Source: Microbotryum violaceum (taxonomy: Eukaryota). Taken from it: a stretch of 64,000 nt of DNA. The stretch spans positions 620,001 through 684,000 of the forward strand of contig CDLV01000019.1 in the NCBI GenBank assembly GCA_001244265.2. Reading direction: 5' to 3'. Position numbers and translations under genes: made by a program. Below the pieces are notes generated by a model. The model had not been told where the DNA came from. It ran no database searches and saw nothing but the letters and a program-made list of their open reading frames with translations. Shown piece after piece: positions 1 to 17,972 of this stretch. Every line of letters starts with the position of its first letter. Position 1 is the first letter of the stretch.

Positions 1-1828
1 GATCGGACGTTGAAAGTCAACACGGTGAGGGACTCAATCATGATTGAATCAGATCAGCGCCGCCCCCTTCGAATTCCGGCACCTCGGACCTGTAACCCCC
101 GGAACTGTTGCCCCTGAGTCGTCACCCCCTGATGCACCGTGGATCATGGCGGATCCCGCCCGGGTGACACGTCGGTTGCCGGGTGCCGAGCTCGAACGAA
201 GGCGTCGAGGACTCGTCGAGGCTATCGAGGTCGTCGAGGTTGCCGATGATTCCGACGTGCCACCGGACAAAGGCGATGCCGGAGCAGAAGTAGAAGGCGA
301 AGGAGAGGTCGGGGTCGAAACGGGCGCCGCTGTCGTCGTCTGCGTCTCCTTTGTTGGGCCCGTGGTCGCACGGGTCAACGTCTCTTTCCCAGTGTCGCCG
401 CCCTCCGGTTCGGTCGAAGCGACCGATTCGCCGTCGTCGTCGTCGTCGTCACTGTCGCCGTCGTTCGCATCGTCCTTGTTGCCGGTCGCTGCACCTGCGG
501 GGTTAGCACGAGGTCCCAGCTGGATCATGTTCGTGCCAGAGGCACGAGAGTTCAATGCGGCGGGCCCACCGTGCTTCCCATTCTTTCCAGCAACTCGGAA
601 GCCGGTGGTCGAAGTCGAAGTCGAAGTCGAGGCCCCCGGAACAGGGGCGGCGGTGGCCGGAGTCGAAACCGGCTTCCTGCAAGTCCCCCACTGGTGTCCA
701 GCGCGATCGCACACGGCGCAGTAGTGCGTCTCAAATTCGTGTCGCAAGCCGTACTTGGCGCCCAGGATCTCGATCTCTTGTGGCAAGGCGGCGTTGAGCG
801 CAGCCTTCTGCGTCTCGGTGGAGCCTTGGAAAAGATCAGCATGTAAGCGAAGGTACGCGCAGTGGAACCCGTCTTCGGTCATGGCCATCGGATCCCCATT
901 CGGATCGACCGCGAGGCCCCGCTGTAATTGCATCAGGGTATAGCCTTGCGTGCGACCTGCGCGGCCGAACGAAAGGGTGAGAGCATCATCGAGAGATTTT
1001 CGGAGCACGGAAGCGGGAATCGCGCTGGAAGAGGAGGGTAAGGTGAATCGCACCTGGACGATGTGGTTTAGGGGGAAACACTCGGGAGCTCGGTGACCAT
1101 CTCTTTTCCGTGATAGGGGAATGGACCCGCTGCAGCGGCTTCGAGACAGGCCTGGTCGGATTCGAACACGAGCTCGTACATATGACGAGCAATCGGGAAC
1201 CTCTTCGTTGCCTTCGTCACGATCGGGTTCAGCTTCACACATTTCGAGAAGAGCTTCTCGACCTCGGGGTCAAGCTCGGCGCCCTCGGGCCGCGCGAACA
1301 TGAATGGCGTCTCGGCCAGCCCAAAGTGCTCACGCAGCGCAATCTGTACAGGGCCTCTTGGGGACCCAGTACCATCCATGATGACTCGGATCACGTTGGA
1401 GGCCGGCATCGCGTCGTTTCGTACCGCCCTTTGAGCAGCTCGTGCGAGAGCCGGCGCCTGCGAAGGCGGGCTGGAAGGGTCATGCAACAGTACCATCAGC
1501 CGGCGGGTCGACTTGGAGGATGGTACGATGCCAAGGGCTTTGAAAGCCTTCTGCATCGACTTCTCATGGTCCAATCGAGCCTGAGAAGCCTGGGCAGACC
1601 AGGCTGGAGGATTAACGGTTCCTCCAGTGACCGTCTCACGGGTTTCCGTGTTGAGTGATTCATCTCTCAACACGTCACCAGCCCACGGGGCGTTGGGCGG
1701 GTGCGGGGGTGGGCCGGGCGGATCCGGCATCACTTCTTGTCGTCGTCCTGTAGCTCTTGAAGCGGTTGGTGGGCGACTGTACACACTACACGACGGTACA
1801 CACTTTGTGTGTGTGTGTGTGTGAATAG
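1..1828 (-). mobile_element. Non-LTR retrotransposon element A (5' part: 5' UTR, ORF1, start of ORF2); continues beyond window start
   Basis: ORF1 from ATG 1730 (MPDPPGPPPH..., frameshifted between track ORFs 1068..1859 and 49..1242) with zinc knuckle CAVCDRAGHQWGTC; ATG at 41 opens MIESLTVLTFNVR, an AP-endonuclease N-terminal motif like [11 protein letters not shown] and MIDFIIMTWNV of the neighbouring elements. Confidence 0.85.
38..1730 (-). pseudogene. LINE ORF1 (gag-like, CCHC zinc knuckle) of element A, frameshifted
   Basis: CX2CX4HX4C knuckle followed by a low-complexity acidic/Ser-Thr tail; an alternative frame ends DLIQS-stop overlapping the ORF2 ATG. Confidence 0.75.
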
Positions 1829-2485
1829 GATTTTTTTTTTTGTAGAAAACGTTCATCATATTGCCCCCAGTTCCTGTTCCCCCTGTTTTGGCCTACGGAA
1901 AAACTAGATGGAAGACTACGATGATAACACAAACCGCCCGCAAAAGTGCGAGAAACGAGCCAAGTCCACCAATCCGAGATTCGGATTCAAATGCCCTAGC
2001 CAAGCGGTTGCTCCCCCCAGGAGACTAATGAGAGAGAGAAAGAGAGATGAAGAGAAAAAAAAGAAAGAAAAGAAATGTACTAACGACAGAAGGCCCACCC
2101 CACAGCCACTTCCCACTCGGTCGAGACGAAGACAAGAGCACGACTGCGCAACCACCACGACCCTCGACGCTCCAAGTCTCTGCTCAGTCACAACAAGACG
2201 CGGTGAAGGTCCCTCAAAACCTCCCCATCGGCAGTCCCTGGCCCCTCAAAGCCGACTTTCTGCCTGTGTCCGCTGATCCCTCCCTTGACTCAGAACCCCG
2301 AAGCCGAAGAGCGCGAGCCACACCGAGTCGACGCCAAATCGCGAGATGGTCAATGATCCGCAACGATGAACCTGTAACAAATGAAAGACGAAAGCGATCT
2401 ATTTAGTGTACAGTAGGAGAAAATGATGTCACGAGAATTTGGTGTATGTGTGTGGTGGTGGTGGGGGGAAAGTCGAACCCAGCCT

Positions 2486-8796
<6,311 letters not shown>

Positions 8797-8877
8797 GGAT
8801 CTCTCTGTGTATCACTTGTTGGCGTAACCGAAGGTGTGGCGTGGGGCGATTTCGGCTTCGAAAGTGAAAGTGGGGGA

Positions 8878-10213
8878 TTTTTTTTTTTTGTATGAAACTC
8901 ATCGCTAATTTGCAAGACGAGAAACCCCCCTACGGAACTAAAGGTGATGTTGCCCAGTATGCACGTTGATGACCACAACCGCCGCTCGATGCGTTGTAAC
9001 TAGCAGAACAGACCAACCCGATACATCCGAGTTCAAGTCCCCCCACCCACGGTTGCTCCCTCCCAGAGACGAATGAAAGGAAGATTGAAGATAATACACG
9101 GGGAATCTGGAAACGATGGAAGAAATGTTGGTGGTGGTACATGTGTTGTACAGGTGAATCCGATCATAGTTGTACAGTTGAACCTTCTTCGATCTTTTGA
9201 CTTCAGACCCCCCTGAGACTGCCATACTCCTTGAGGCCCTTAATTCTTTGAGACGCGTCGAACAAGGCCTCCCATGGCACAAACATCCCGCTCAATCCGA
9301 ATGATTCACGTGGTCCAAAAGGGGGAATGTAACCCCCTGCGACCGCAGCAATCACATACCCCTTGTACCCGTCTGCGCTGGATCTCCACCGCGGAGTCCA
9401 ACCCCCTTTTCGGTTACCAAAGTCTGCCCCTCCTCGCGACCGCACGACCCCAGATCACCCCCATTTCAATGACTGCAACTGCGAAACAGGCCTACTTCGC
9501 ACAAAAACACACAATCCAGAGATTTCCGGGGAAAGTCATGGAGCATGTGACAGTCCATTGGACACGCCTCGGTCTGCAGCGCGGGCGGGTGGCCGTCAAC
9601 ACCGGCGCGCAGCTGGAGACAAGAGGCGGGGTATACCTTCCGCAGGGGCCTCGCTTCCCTGCGGCGTACTCCCAATCTCGGAACGCACACTCGAGTCCCG
9701 TTGTACGTGCAGGTGGTTCCCAATCACCGCAGATACTGGGGAAAGAAGGAGCATGAGGCCCACGACGGTGATGTCATTGGGTGGGACCTCGCTCGAGTGT
9801 GGATGTGTATGGCGGTTCGGTACCCGAGTCACCCGCCGCGCGGCCGCGACTCCGAGCGAGCAGCAAAGCAAGGAGAGGCGAGCCACGCAGGCAGTTTGTG
9901 CCGGCCTTGAACAGGAGATCACGGAGTCGCTCGACCGAAAGAGAAAACAGACCCGGCCCTTGAGAGGAGTGGAAAACTCACGGCGTAGTCCAGGAGAGGG
10001 CCGAGGGGATCCGCTTTCGCTGTGTGTCATCGTGATGTGGCAGAAGCTCGAACCAAGGGCGACGATGCTCGCCGGCGCAAAGAACCCGAGGCTCCTGGGG
10101 AGTACGGAAGCCTATGATGAGGAATGGCAAAAAGAGCGAGAGAAAACAGGTTCAGTATGCTGGCGTTTTTGGGAGACAGTGGAGAGATTGAGAAAGAGGG
10201 AAAGGGGACTTGT
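8878..10213 (-). mobile_element. 1.3-kb apparently non-coding polyadenylated unit D (long 3' UTR of element C, or a separate truncated/non-autonomous element)
   Basis: Bounded by GA(T)n junctions on both sides; 3' end shares TTCCGTAGG and GATGA..AC-poly(A) with the element B 3' end; no recognisable protein. Confidence 0.55.
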
Positions 10214-10222
10214 GATTTTTTT

Positions 10223-10225
<3 letters not shown>

Positions 10226-10270
<45 letters not shown>

Positions 10271-13200
10271 GTTTTGGTTTGGGTAGGGAGGGAGCGCCGT
10301 CTACTTCATCGTGCCAGTCTGAGCTCCAACCTCTCCTTCAGTCCGGCCATCTCCTTGTCCATGCTCGACATCGCTCTGGCGTGGCGATGGAGATCCCAGC
10401 GTCGGTTGCTGAGAGTGTCAAGCGCCAGCGCAATGAAGGCGCGGGTTGGGCGCTTTTTCGAAGCCGGAAGGCGAGCGCGCAGTCGAGGGAGGCCGTGCTC
10501 GATCTGAAGTGCCGTGTAGTCGAGGTCGAGGATCGACACGACCCCCAGCGCGTCGCAGAGAATGGACCTAGCTGCTTGCCAAAACTGAGAAGAGTCAGGG
10601 CAATCATGCCAAAAGTGAGTAAAGTCATCCTCCACCCCTGCCAGGCTGCATGCCTGCACAAGGCAGCAGGCTGAGTCGCCATGCCGCTGCACAAACTGGC
10701 GCTTCCGCGTTGGCGTGAAGTGGTACGCCAGCTTGAAGTGCACCTCGCGCTCGCGGGCCGTGGCGGGCCCGGTGTTGAACCACCCCAGAAGAGTCGCCTT
10801 TCTTTGGGTGTGGCGAGTGATCCAGGGCGTTGTGTGTCGTCGAAACGTCGATGGTTGATGACGCGTCGAAGTCGCGCAATGGTGTAAGGTCTGTCCAAGC
10901 TCAACATTCTCCACTGATCAGCACGCAAGGGGGCGGAGGGGAGGGAAAGTTTTTGATCAGGCATGCCGACCGGAGTCGCTCTGGGCAAGATATGCTCGAG
11001 GGGACCACCGGGCCGGACTCCAGGTGCTCCAACAACACGAATGACGGGTGGTCGACGTGCGAGGACGGGAACAGGAGGCGGAAGCGGCGGGATGAAGCGA
11101 TCGCCTGCGACCTGGATCCACGCCTGGACTTGATCGCGCTTCCATTGCCACAGGTTGGACAGCTCCGAGCCGTCGCCTTGGGGATGCTTCTCAGGGGTCC
11201 AGGGCACCGTTGGAGCTGCGGGGTATTGGGCTCGCGCATAGATGTCAGCGATGGTGCGTTCGAAACTGAAAAGCTTCGCCAAACGCTTATCCTGCTCCGA
11301 GAACACCCGCGAGTCATGCAGACCAGGTTGGAGGGGAGAAAGAGAGAGAAAATTGGAGACCGAAAGTTTGGCAGGATCGACGACGGCAGGGTAGCGTTCA
11401 GCGACCGAGAGCACCGCTCGCCAGCGGGGATGTAGCTCCCGGGGTGCGTCGGCGTTCCTCCACGTCCACAGATCCGTAGCAAAGTCAAAGGTTGGAAGCG
11501 CTCGCCGGATGGAACTCCGAGCCAGCTCGCCCCAAATCGCAGTTGACCCGCCGGCCAGCACGTCCCAAATCCGTACCGAGACTGAATCCACCACATCTTG
11601 GATGCTAACGACGCTGAGACCACCTCGCGCCCGTGTCGTGAAGACGACCGATTGCTTGTAGTCGCTGCGCCGCGGTCCTCCCTTCACAAAGTCGGCAAGC
11701 TTGCGCTCGATCGCCTTGATCACGTCGGATGGCGGTATGTCGGCGGAGAGAGAGTGCAACACCTTGGAGATGCCGTAGCGGTTGAGATAGAAAGCCCGGG
11801 TATGATGCGTCATCCATCGGTCGCGCACCGAGAGAATCACTCGATCAACCCTTTGCTCAAGATCATGGAATCCCAGCCTGTTGTTGCCGTCAGGCGCAAA
11901 CTGGAGACCGATCCAGGGAAGAGACTCGTCCGGTGCCACGAATGACAGTTTGGACAAGTCCGCGCGATCCCACAACGTCGCGCCCAATGGCATCACCACG
12001 GTTTTGTCGGTGTTTAGGCGTCCGTTCGTCGCGAGTCGCCAATCCCGAGCTAACGCCTCGAGCGAAGCAATAGCGTCCGGTCCAGCGACAGCGACGACGG
12101 CGTCATCCGCGAACGCCAAATTGGTGATGCATCGAGTCTGCGGACGAGGAGCCAGCTCTGGAAGGGTGATAGTCAGCGCAATGTTGCGTCGACTGAGAGA
12201 ATCAAGGAAGGGTTGGAATACCACATCCCAGATAGAAGAAGAGAGAGGATCGCCCTGGCCAAGACCGCACAGGAGTCGCACCGTCTCGGTAAGGAAACCG
12301 TTGACAATGTACCGCGCTGTGGACGTCTCGCCGTTGTAGAGCATCCGCAAGACGCGCTGGAAAGATTCCGGCGCGCCGAGAGCCTCAAACACCGCAAAGA
12401 CCCAGTCGTGCTCGACCCTGTCGTAAGCCGAGCTCTGATCCAGGGAGAGGAGCGCTGCTGTCGGGAACTCTGCCCCACGACCCCTAATCTCATCGATCAG
12501 GAGCCTCAGATGCAAAGCCGCGTCCGCTGGTCTTCGCCCTTGACGAACCCATGCTGTCCGGCCGGAAGAACATCGGGGAGGATCCGGTTCAGACGAGCCA
12601 CGTAGACCTTGGTGAAGATCTTGTAGTCGCATTCCCGCAAGGTGATCGGACGATACGATTTGAGGTCGCACCGCGCTGCACCAGGTTTGTTGTGTTTGAA
12701 CAAGAGGCGCACATTGGCCTGGCTCTGTTGTGGAGTAAGGGAGCCTCGAGTAATCAGCTCGTTGTAGGCTCGAGTCAAGAGAGGGGCCCAAAGCAGGGGG
12801 CAGGCTCGATACATCTCATAGGGGACCCCTGAAGGACCCGGAGATCGACCTTCGTGCGTGGTTCGAATCGCTGCGAGCACCTCGGCCTCGCTGATGGGCT
12901 CGGCCAGAATGTCGACGTGCGAATTCGAGAACCGCCGAAGGAAGCGAGCGTCGGAAAGCGGGTCGTCACAAGGTCTTGCTGATCTGATGGGTCCCAAGAG
13001 CTCATCCCGCATCGTCACGACCTGTTCCGGATCCTTCGCTTCGACAAGGTAGTGCTGCTGGAAATGAGAATGGGTGTGTTCGAGCGCGCGCTCAATGTCA
13101 GTGGTGAGCTCGCCATCAGCGAGCCGGATACTCTGAAACTTCACATCGCGGGACCGAGCAGCCAGTTTGGCATGTACCGGACGACTGAGACGTTCCTCGG

Positions 13201-14903
13201 ATGCAATCTCGGGAACGTGCGCCCTGATCCGGGACTGCCTTGCTCGCTCGTTCACAAGCTTGGAGAGAGCGTCGTGGGTGTTCGTCCAGTCGATAATATC
13301 GAAGGGGCTCAGCACCCGACGAGACTCAATGTCCTGCAGTCGAGATACCAGCATCATCTCGAGGGCGTTGCGCTCCCGAAACAGACGCCGAGACAGCTCG
13401 AGAGCTTGGACCCGAGACTCCGAGAGTACGCGCTGAAGGTCCGCGACCGGATCCCCAGACGGCTCCTGCTCAAGGAGAGGAGTGACGAACTCCTTAAACT
13501 CGGCGTGTTTGAAGGTCGACGAGTTGATGCGGGTCAGAAAATGCGCCGCCTGGGGAAGGCAGAGCTCCTCTTCGACCTCGGCACCACTTGCGCGCAGCCT
13601 AAATGTGACCATAACCGGTCGATGATCCGACATGGGTCGAGAGATATTGTACAGAGTAGAAGCAGAAACGATCCGTCGCTCGTGTCGCCGCTGCACCAGA
13701 ACAAAGTCGATGCGCGCGCGCGAAATGAGCTGGCCATCCTTGCTGAGATGCGGGCGCGTGGTCGCCGGCGACAGTGGGTGCATGAGCCGAATGGCATCCG
13801 TGTACGCCCCGTCAAGCCGAAACATAAGCACAGGCCAGTGGTGGGTGTTCGGGCGGTCCACCTGTTGCGCTCGATCCACCGCGGGAATAGGGCAGTCGTT
13901 CAGATCGCCCGCGATGAACCGAATGTGAGAGGAGACGGTCGCCCGAAAGCGAAGGGAGGTGAAGAAGAGGAGGCGCTCGGCGGGTTGAACCGGAGCGTAG
14001 ATATTGTTGAGTTCGACGACGTCCGTCGAACCCCGCACATCGAAGGTGGTCACGAGTAAGCGCCCGCCAAGAGACTGACGCGTGCGACGATGACCACCGA
14101 GAAGAGGAGAAGAGCTTGGAATCAAAGTGAGGCAGTGTTGAGAAAAGTAGGCCTCGCCCTGGTGGGACTGGGCGTACTCGTGGCGTATGTGAGGTTGCCG
14201 TGCTTTAGGAACATTATGTTCCTGGAGAAGGATAGCAGAAGGGGGAGGTGTGAGCGAAGTGATATACGAAAGAAGCCGACGACGTCGTTCAGGGGTATTG
14301 AAGCCCCTGTTGACGTTCCAGGTCATGATGATGAAGTCAATCATTACGATTGCGCCTTCGTTGCAGCAGCAGCTCCCTTGATGGACAACATAGGTCCGAA
14401 TGTGGGTGAGGGGAGCGGGTCCGCAGCAGTCGATTCGTTCCAGTCCGATGTGCGCGCAACGCTGGTGAGACGCTGGATACGCTCGGACCGGCGAAGACCC
14501 TGGGAACTTCCTTTGTCCACCTCCTGCTTGGGCTCGGGCTCGGGATCAAACACTGGACCTGGAGACGGCGAAGGCATCCAACCGGTTACAGACGGGGTGC
14601 GGTCCAACTCGGTGATCTCATCGTACAGACCAGCATCCTGTTTGCGCTCGCGGTCCGACACACGATTCATCCAGTCGTCGGGAAGGCCGTCCATATCAAG
14701 CTGATGGTGACTGGCCGATCGGGACCGCGTCAGCTCAGGGGTCGTCGAAACAACCACAGGCACAGTGCCCGTCTCGGCCGACTGCGATTCCCCTTCTTCC
14801 GCGTCACTCGTCTCCGTGTGTTCCTCCTGGCTCCCCTCCGCTCCGCGGTCCTGCAGATCCGACAGATCCGAAGGCTCCAACGGCGGCACCTCCTGCTGTT
14901 GTT
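10226..14903 (-). mobile_element. 5'-truncated L1/Tx1-type non-LTR retrotransposon, element C (family distinct from B)
   Basis: ORF1 C-terminus (14344..~14900), ORF2 alignable by eye to B but diverged, 43-nt A tract after the stop. Confidence 0.92.
10306..14344 (-). pseudogene. LINE ORF2 of element C (APE-RT-zinc finger), about 2 frameshifts
   Basis: [52 protein letters not shown]...HFWHDC. Track ORFs 12506..14344, 10338..12791, 10306..10914. Confidence 0.92.
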
Positions 14904-14904
14904 G

Positions 14905-14912
14905 TTTTTTTT

Positions 14913-14952
<40 letters not shown>

Positions 14953-15997
14953 TAGAAAACGTTCATCATATTGCCCCCAGTTCCTGTTCCCCTGTTTTGG
15001 CCTACGGAAAAACTAGATGGAAGACTACGATGATAACACAAACCGCCCGCAAAAGTGCGAGAAACGAGCCAAGTCCACCAATCCGAGATTCGGATTCAAA
15101 TGCCCTAGCCAAGCGGTTGCTCCCCCCAGGAGACTAATGAGAGAGAGAAAGAGAGATGAAGAGAAAAAAAAGAAAGAAAAGAAATGTACTAACGACAGAA
15201 GGCCCACCCCACAGCCACTTCCCACTCGGTCGAGACGAAGACAAGAGCACGACTGCGCAACCACCACGACCCTCGACGCTCCAAGTCTCTGCTCAGTCAC
15301 AACAAGACGCGGTGAAGGTCCCTCAAAACCTCCCCCATCGGCAGTCCCTGGCCCCTCAAAGCCGACTTTCTGCCTGTGTCCGCTGATCCCTCCCTTGACT
15401 CAGAACCCCGAAGCCGAAGAGCGCGAGCCACACCGAGTCGACGCCAAATCGCGAGATGGTCAATGATCCGCAACGATGAACCTGTAACAAATGAAAGACG
15501 AAAGCGATCTATTTAGTGTACAGTAGGAGAAAATGATGTCACGAGAATTTGGTGTGTGTGTGTGTGTAGTGGTGGTGGGGGGAAAGTCGAACCCAGCCTC
15601 TACTGCCCTCTCCTCCCCCAAGCTCCTCCCGCCCTCAGCTTCAACCTCTCCTCCAAGATGATCCTCCTCCTCCCAACACCCTCCATCCTCGTCCCCCACT
15701 TTTGCATCCCCACCTCCGCTGCTGATCATCTCCAAGACCAGCCCGGTGAATATTTCGATCGTCCTCCCCGCTCCTTCTTGATCGCGTAGACTGGCCTTGA
15801 GCTTCGGAAGTCCGAACATGCGTTGAACAGCCGTGTAATGCGTGTTGTCGATCGTGTCGAGCCCCAGTGCGTCGCAGAGCACGCTCCTTGCCGCTATCCA
15901 AACGTTCCCAGAGTCAACGCAGTCGAAAAAGTAGTGGTCGGTGTCGTCCATCGGCGCTTCGCAGACGAGGCACGCGGGAGAAGTGTCGTGATTCTAA
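14905..15997 (-). mobile_element. 5'-truncated second copy (B') of the element B 3' end, ~1.05 kb plus poly(A)
   Basis: 14952-15930 is near-identical to 1842-2820 and diverges in the zinc-finger codons (DDTDHYFFDC vs DDREHYFFDC). Confidence 0.95.
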
Positions 15998-16140
15998 GAT
16001 TTTTTTTTTTTTTGTATGATTGTTTTTTTTTTGTATGATTTTTTTTTATATGATTTTTTTTTGTATGATTTTTTTTTTGTAGAAAACGTTCATCATATTG
16101 TGTATGATTTTTTTTTTGGTATGATTTTTTTTTTTTGTAT
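15998..16140. repeat. Seven imperfect GAT(T)nGTAT units, one containing a 22-nt element B 3' terminus
   Basis: Read directly; 16079-16100 GTAGAAAACGTTCATCATATTG equals 1842-1863 and 14952-14973. Confidence 0.9.
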
Positions 16141-16207
16141 GTATTTACTACTAAAACAGAAGAGGCTGGGTAGGACAGTCTACATTTGTGTTACATTAAT
16201 GAAAATG

Positions 16208-16330
16208 GGGCGGATGGTCGAGTGGTCTAAGACGCCAGATTCAAGGATTACGAGTTTATTGTAACTGCATTGCGTCGCAATGATATTCCTGGTCTCGAAA
16301 GAGGCGTGGGTTCGAGTCCCACTCCGCTCA
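16208..16330 (+). tRNA. tRNA-Leu(CAA) with ~41-nt intron (about 16246-16286)
   Basis: Acceptor GGGCGGA/TCCGCTC-A, A box TGGTCGAGTGG, anticodon loop TTCAAG, long variable arm GTCTC-GAAA-GAGGC, T arm GTGGGTTCGAGTCCCAC, T5 terminator just downstream. Confidence 0.9.
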
Positions 16331-16385
16331 ATATCTTTTTCAACCTTGATCGTCATTTTTGCAGCACATAACTGGCCAGCCAGGC

Positions 16386-16429
16386 CCTGAGTTTTGAAAA
16401 AGGCGCGGGTTCGAGTCCCACTCTGATCA
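16386..16429 (+). pseudogene. Degenerate tRNA-Leu-like 3' half / extra B box
   Basis: CCTGAGTTTTGAAAAAGGCGCGGGTTCGAGTCCCACTCTGATCA mirrors the variable arm, T arm and acceptor of the upstream tRNA; no 5' half seen. Confidence 0.65.
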
Positions 16430-17972
16430 AAACTTTTAAACGACGTCACAAGTCCCTCGATGCTTTTATCTTGTTTATCCGTTTTAATCACAGCCAGGCA
16501 GGCCCAGAGATGGCAAAGGTATGGCGCGTTCGCGCCGGGCCCCTTTTAAGTTGTTGATTGCGCAGCCGCCGGATCGACGTTCGTCGTGCGAGTTCCCCGC
16601 GACCCGCCTGCCGGTTGAACCGCCGCGTATTTCTTTACTTTGTCTAAGATTTGGCTTGTGATGGAAGAGAGCACATGTACGGCTCGCTGCTACAATTCGT
16701 CATCTCGCACGACGTGCCGCGGGTCTGGTCTCGCCGATGGGGACCCGCAAATTTGGGACGGCCCTTATCGCGCAGAATTGGTAAATCCGGGGCCCCTGGG
16801 GGATATATGGTCGTAATCAAAGTAAAATATATGACATATTACCGGTCCACGCAGCACTCCCTGGTGTTTGTGTAAAGAGACCGCAGCCATGACAATGATG
16901 GCCGCTATCGTATGATCCCTACGCGTTCCAGATCAGGAAGTTTTGGGATTCGTGTAAAAATCTTCCCCCAAGGTAGTCGCTGGGGAATCTTGATTGTGCC
17001 ATCCCCCCTCCGAGTGGTACTTCGTGGTGAAGCAGGGCGTAGCTAGAGGGCGGGTTGTGACGGAGCGCGTGTTCCTGTTTACTAGATCTGTTCCTACAGG
17101 ACGATTTGGGAGTCATCCGGTGCATACAACGCCACAACTGACCATCATCGCGGGACAAAGCGCGTGTTTCTCTCGAGTCAGACCACAGCTTTCAATTCTC
17201 CGATTAATATTTTTTGCGTCGGCGGTCGAGGTCTCTCTTCGCGCTCGTTTCCGTCTCGGCGTCGGCGGATTTTTCCCACAAGCACTCCCGCATCCCCCTC
17301 GCCCGGGTTATCGCTCGAGCGCCCCCATTTCGCCCCCCCCCCCCCCTCACTTCCTCTCTGTGAGCTCTGCGAGCATTTGTACTTTACCATGCCCCCCACT
17401 AGTTGTGCGACTCCAAGCGTCCGGGGTGGAAAGCGCTCGGCGGCTAAAAGCTCCGCCTGAGGCAACCAAGCAAACGCCCGCTGATCTCAATACATCACAA
17501 GTCTTGCAGAGTGAGACGAACGTCACCGTTGTAGACGGTAGGCACGCCAAGACACGCCAGAGAGAGCCGAATGACCCTACAGCAAGAAAAAGAACCCTTA
17601 CAGTGGCACGACCCCTCCTTGCCCAGCCCAGCGCCCTTAATCGCCTCGTGCGCGACTCTGTCTCGTGGACGAGATCTTTGACCCCGTACCCACGTCGGGG
17701 GGCGGGGGGGGGGGAGAGGAAAAAAAAGAAAAAAAAAAAAAAGAAAAAGAAAAGGAAGAGGGAAAGAAAAAAAAGGAAAAGGGGAAAGGAGAAGAGGGAG
17801 GGGAAGAGAAAGAAGGAGAAGAAGAAGAGGGAGGAGGGGGAAACAGGAGGAAGAGAGGAAGTGGTACGGAACAAGTCATTTTGACAATATACATCATATT
17901 ACAGGTGTTATGAAGCCACAAAGTTGTAACATTTCTTTTGATGCCGAGCTCGGCCATTCATCTCAGCCCTTG

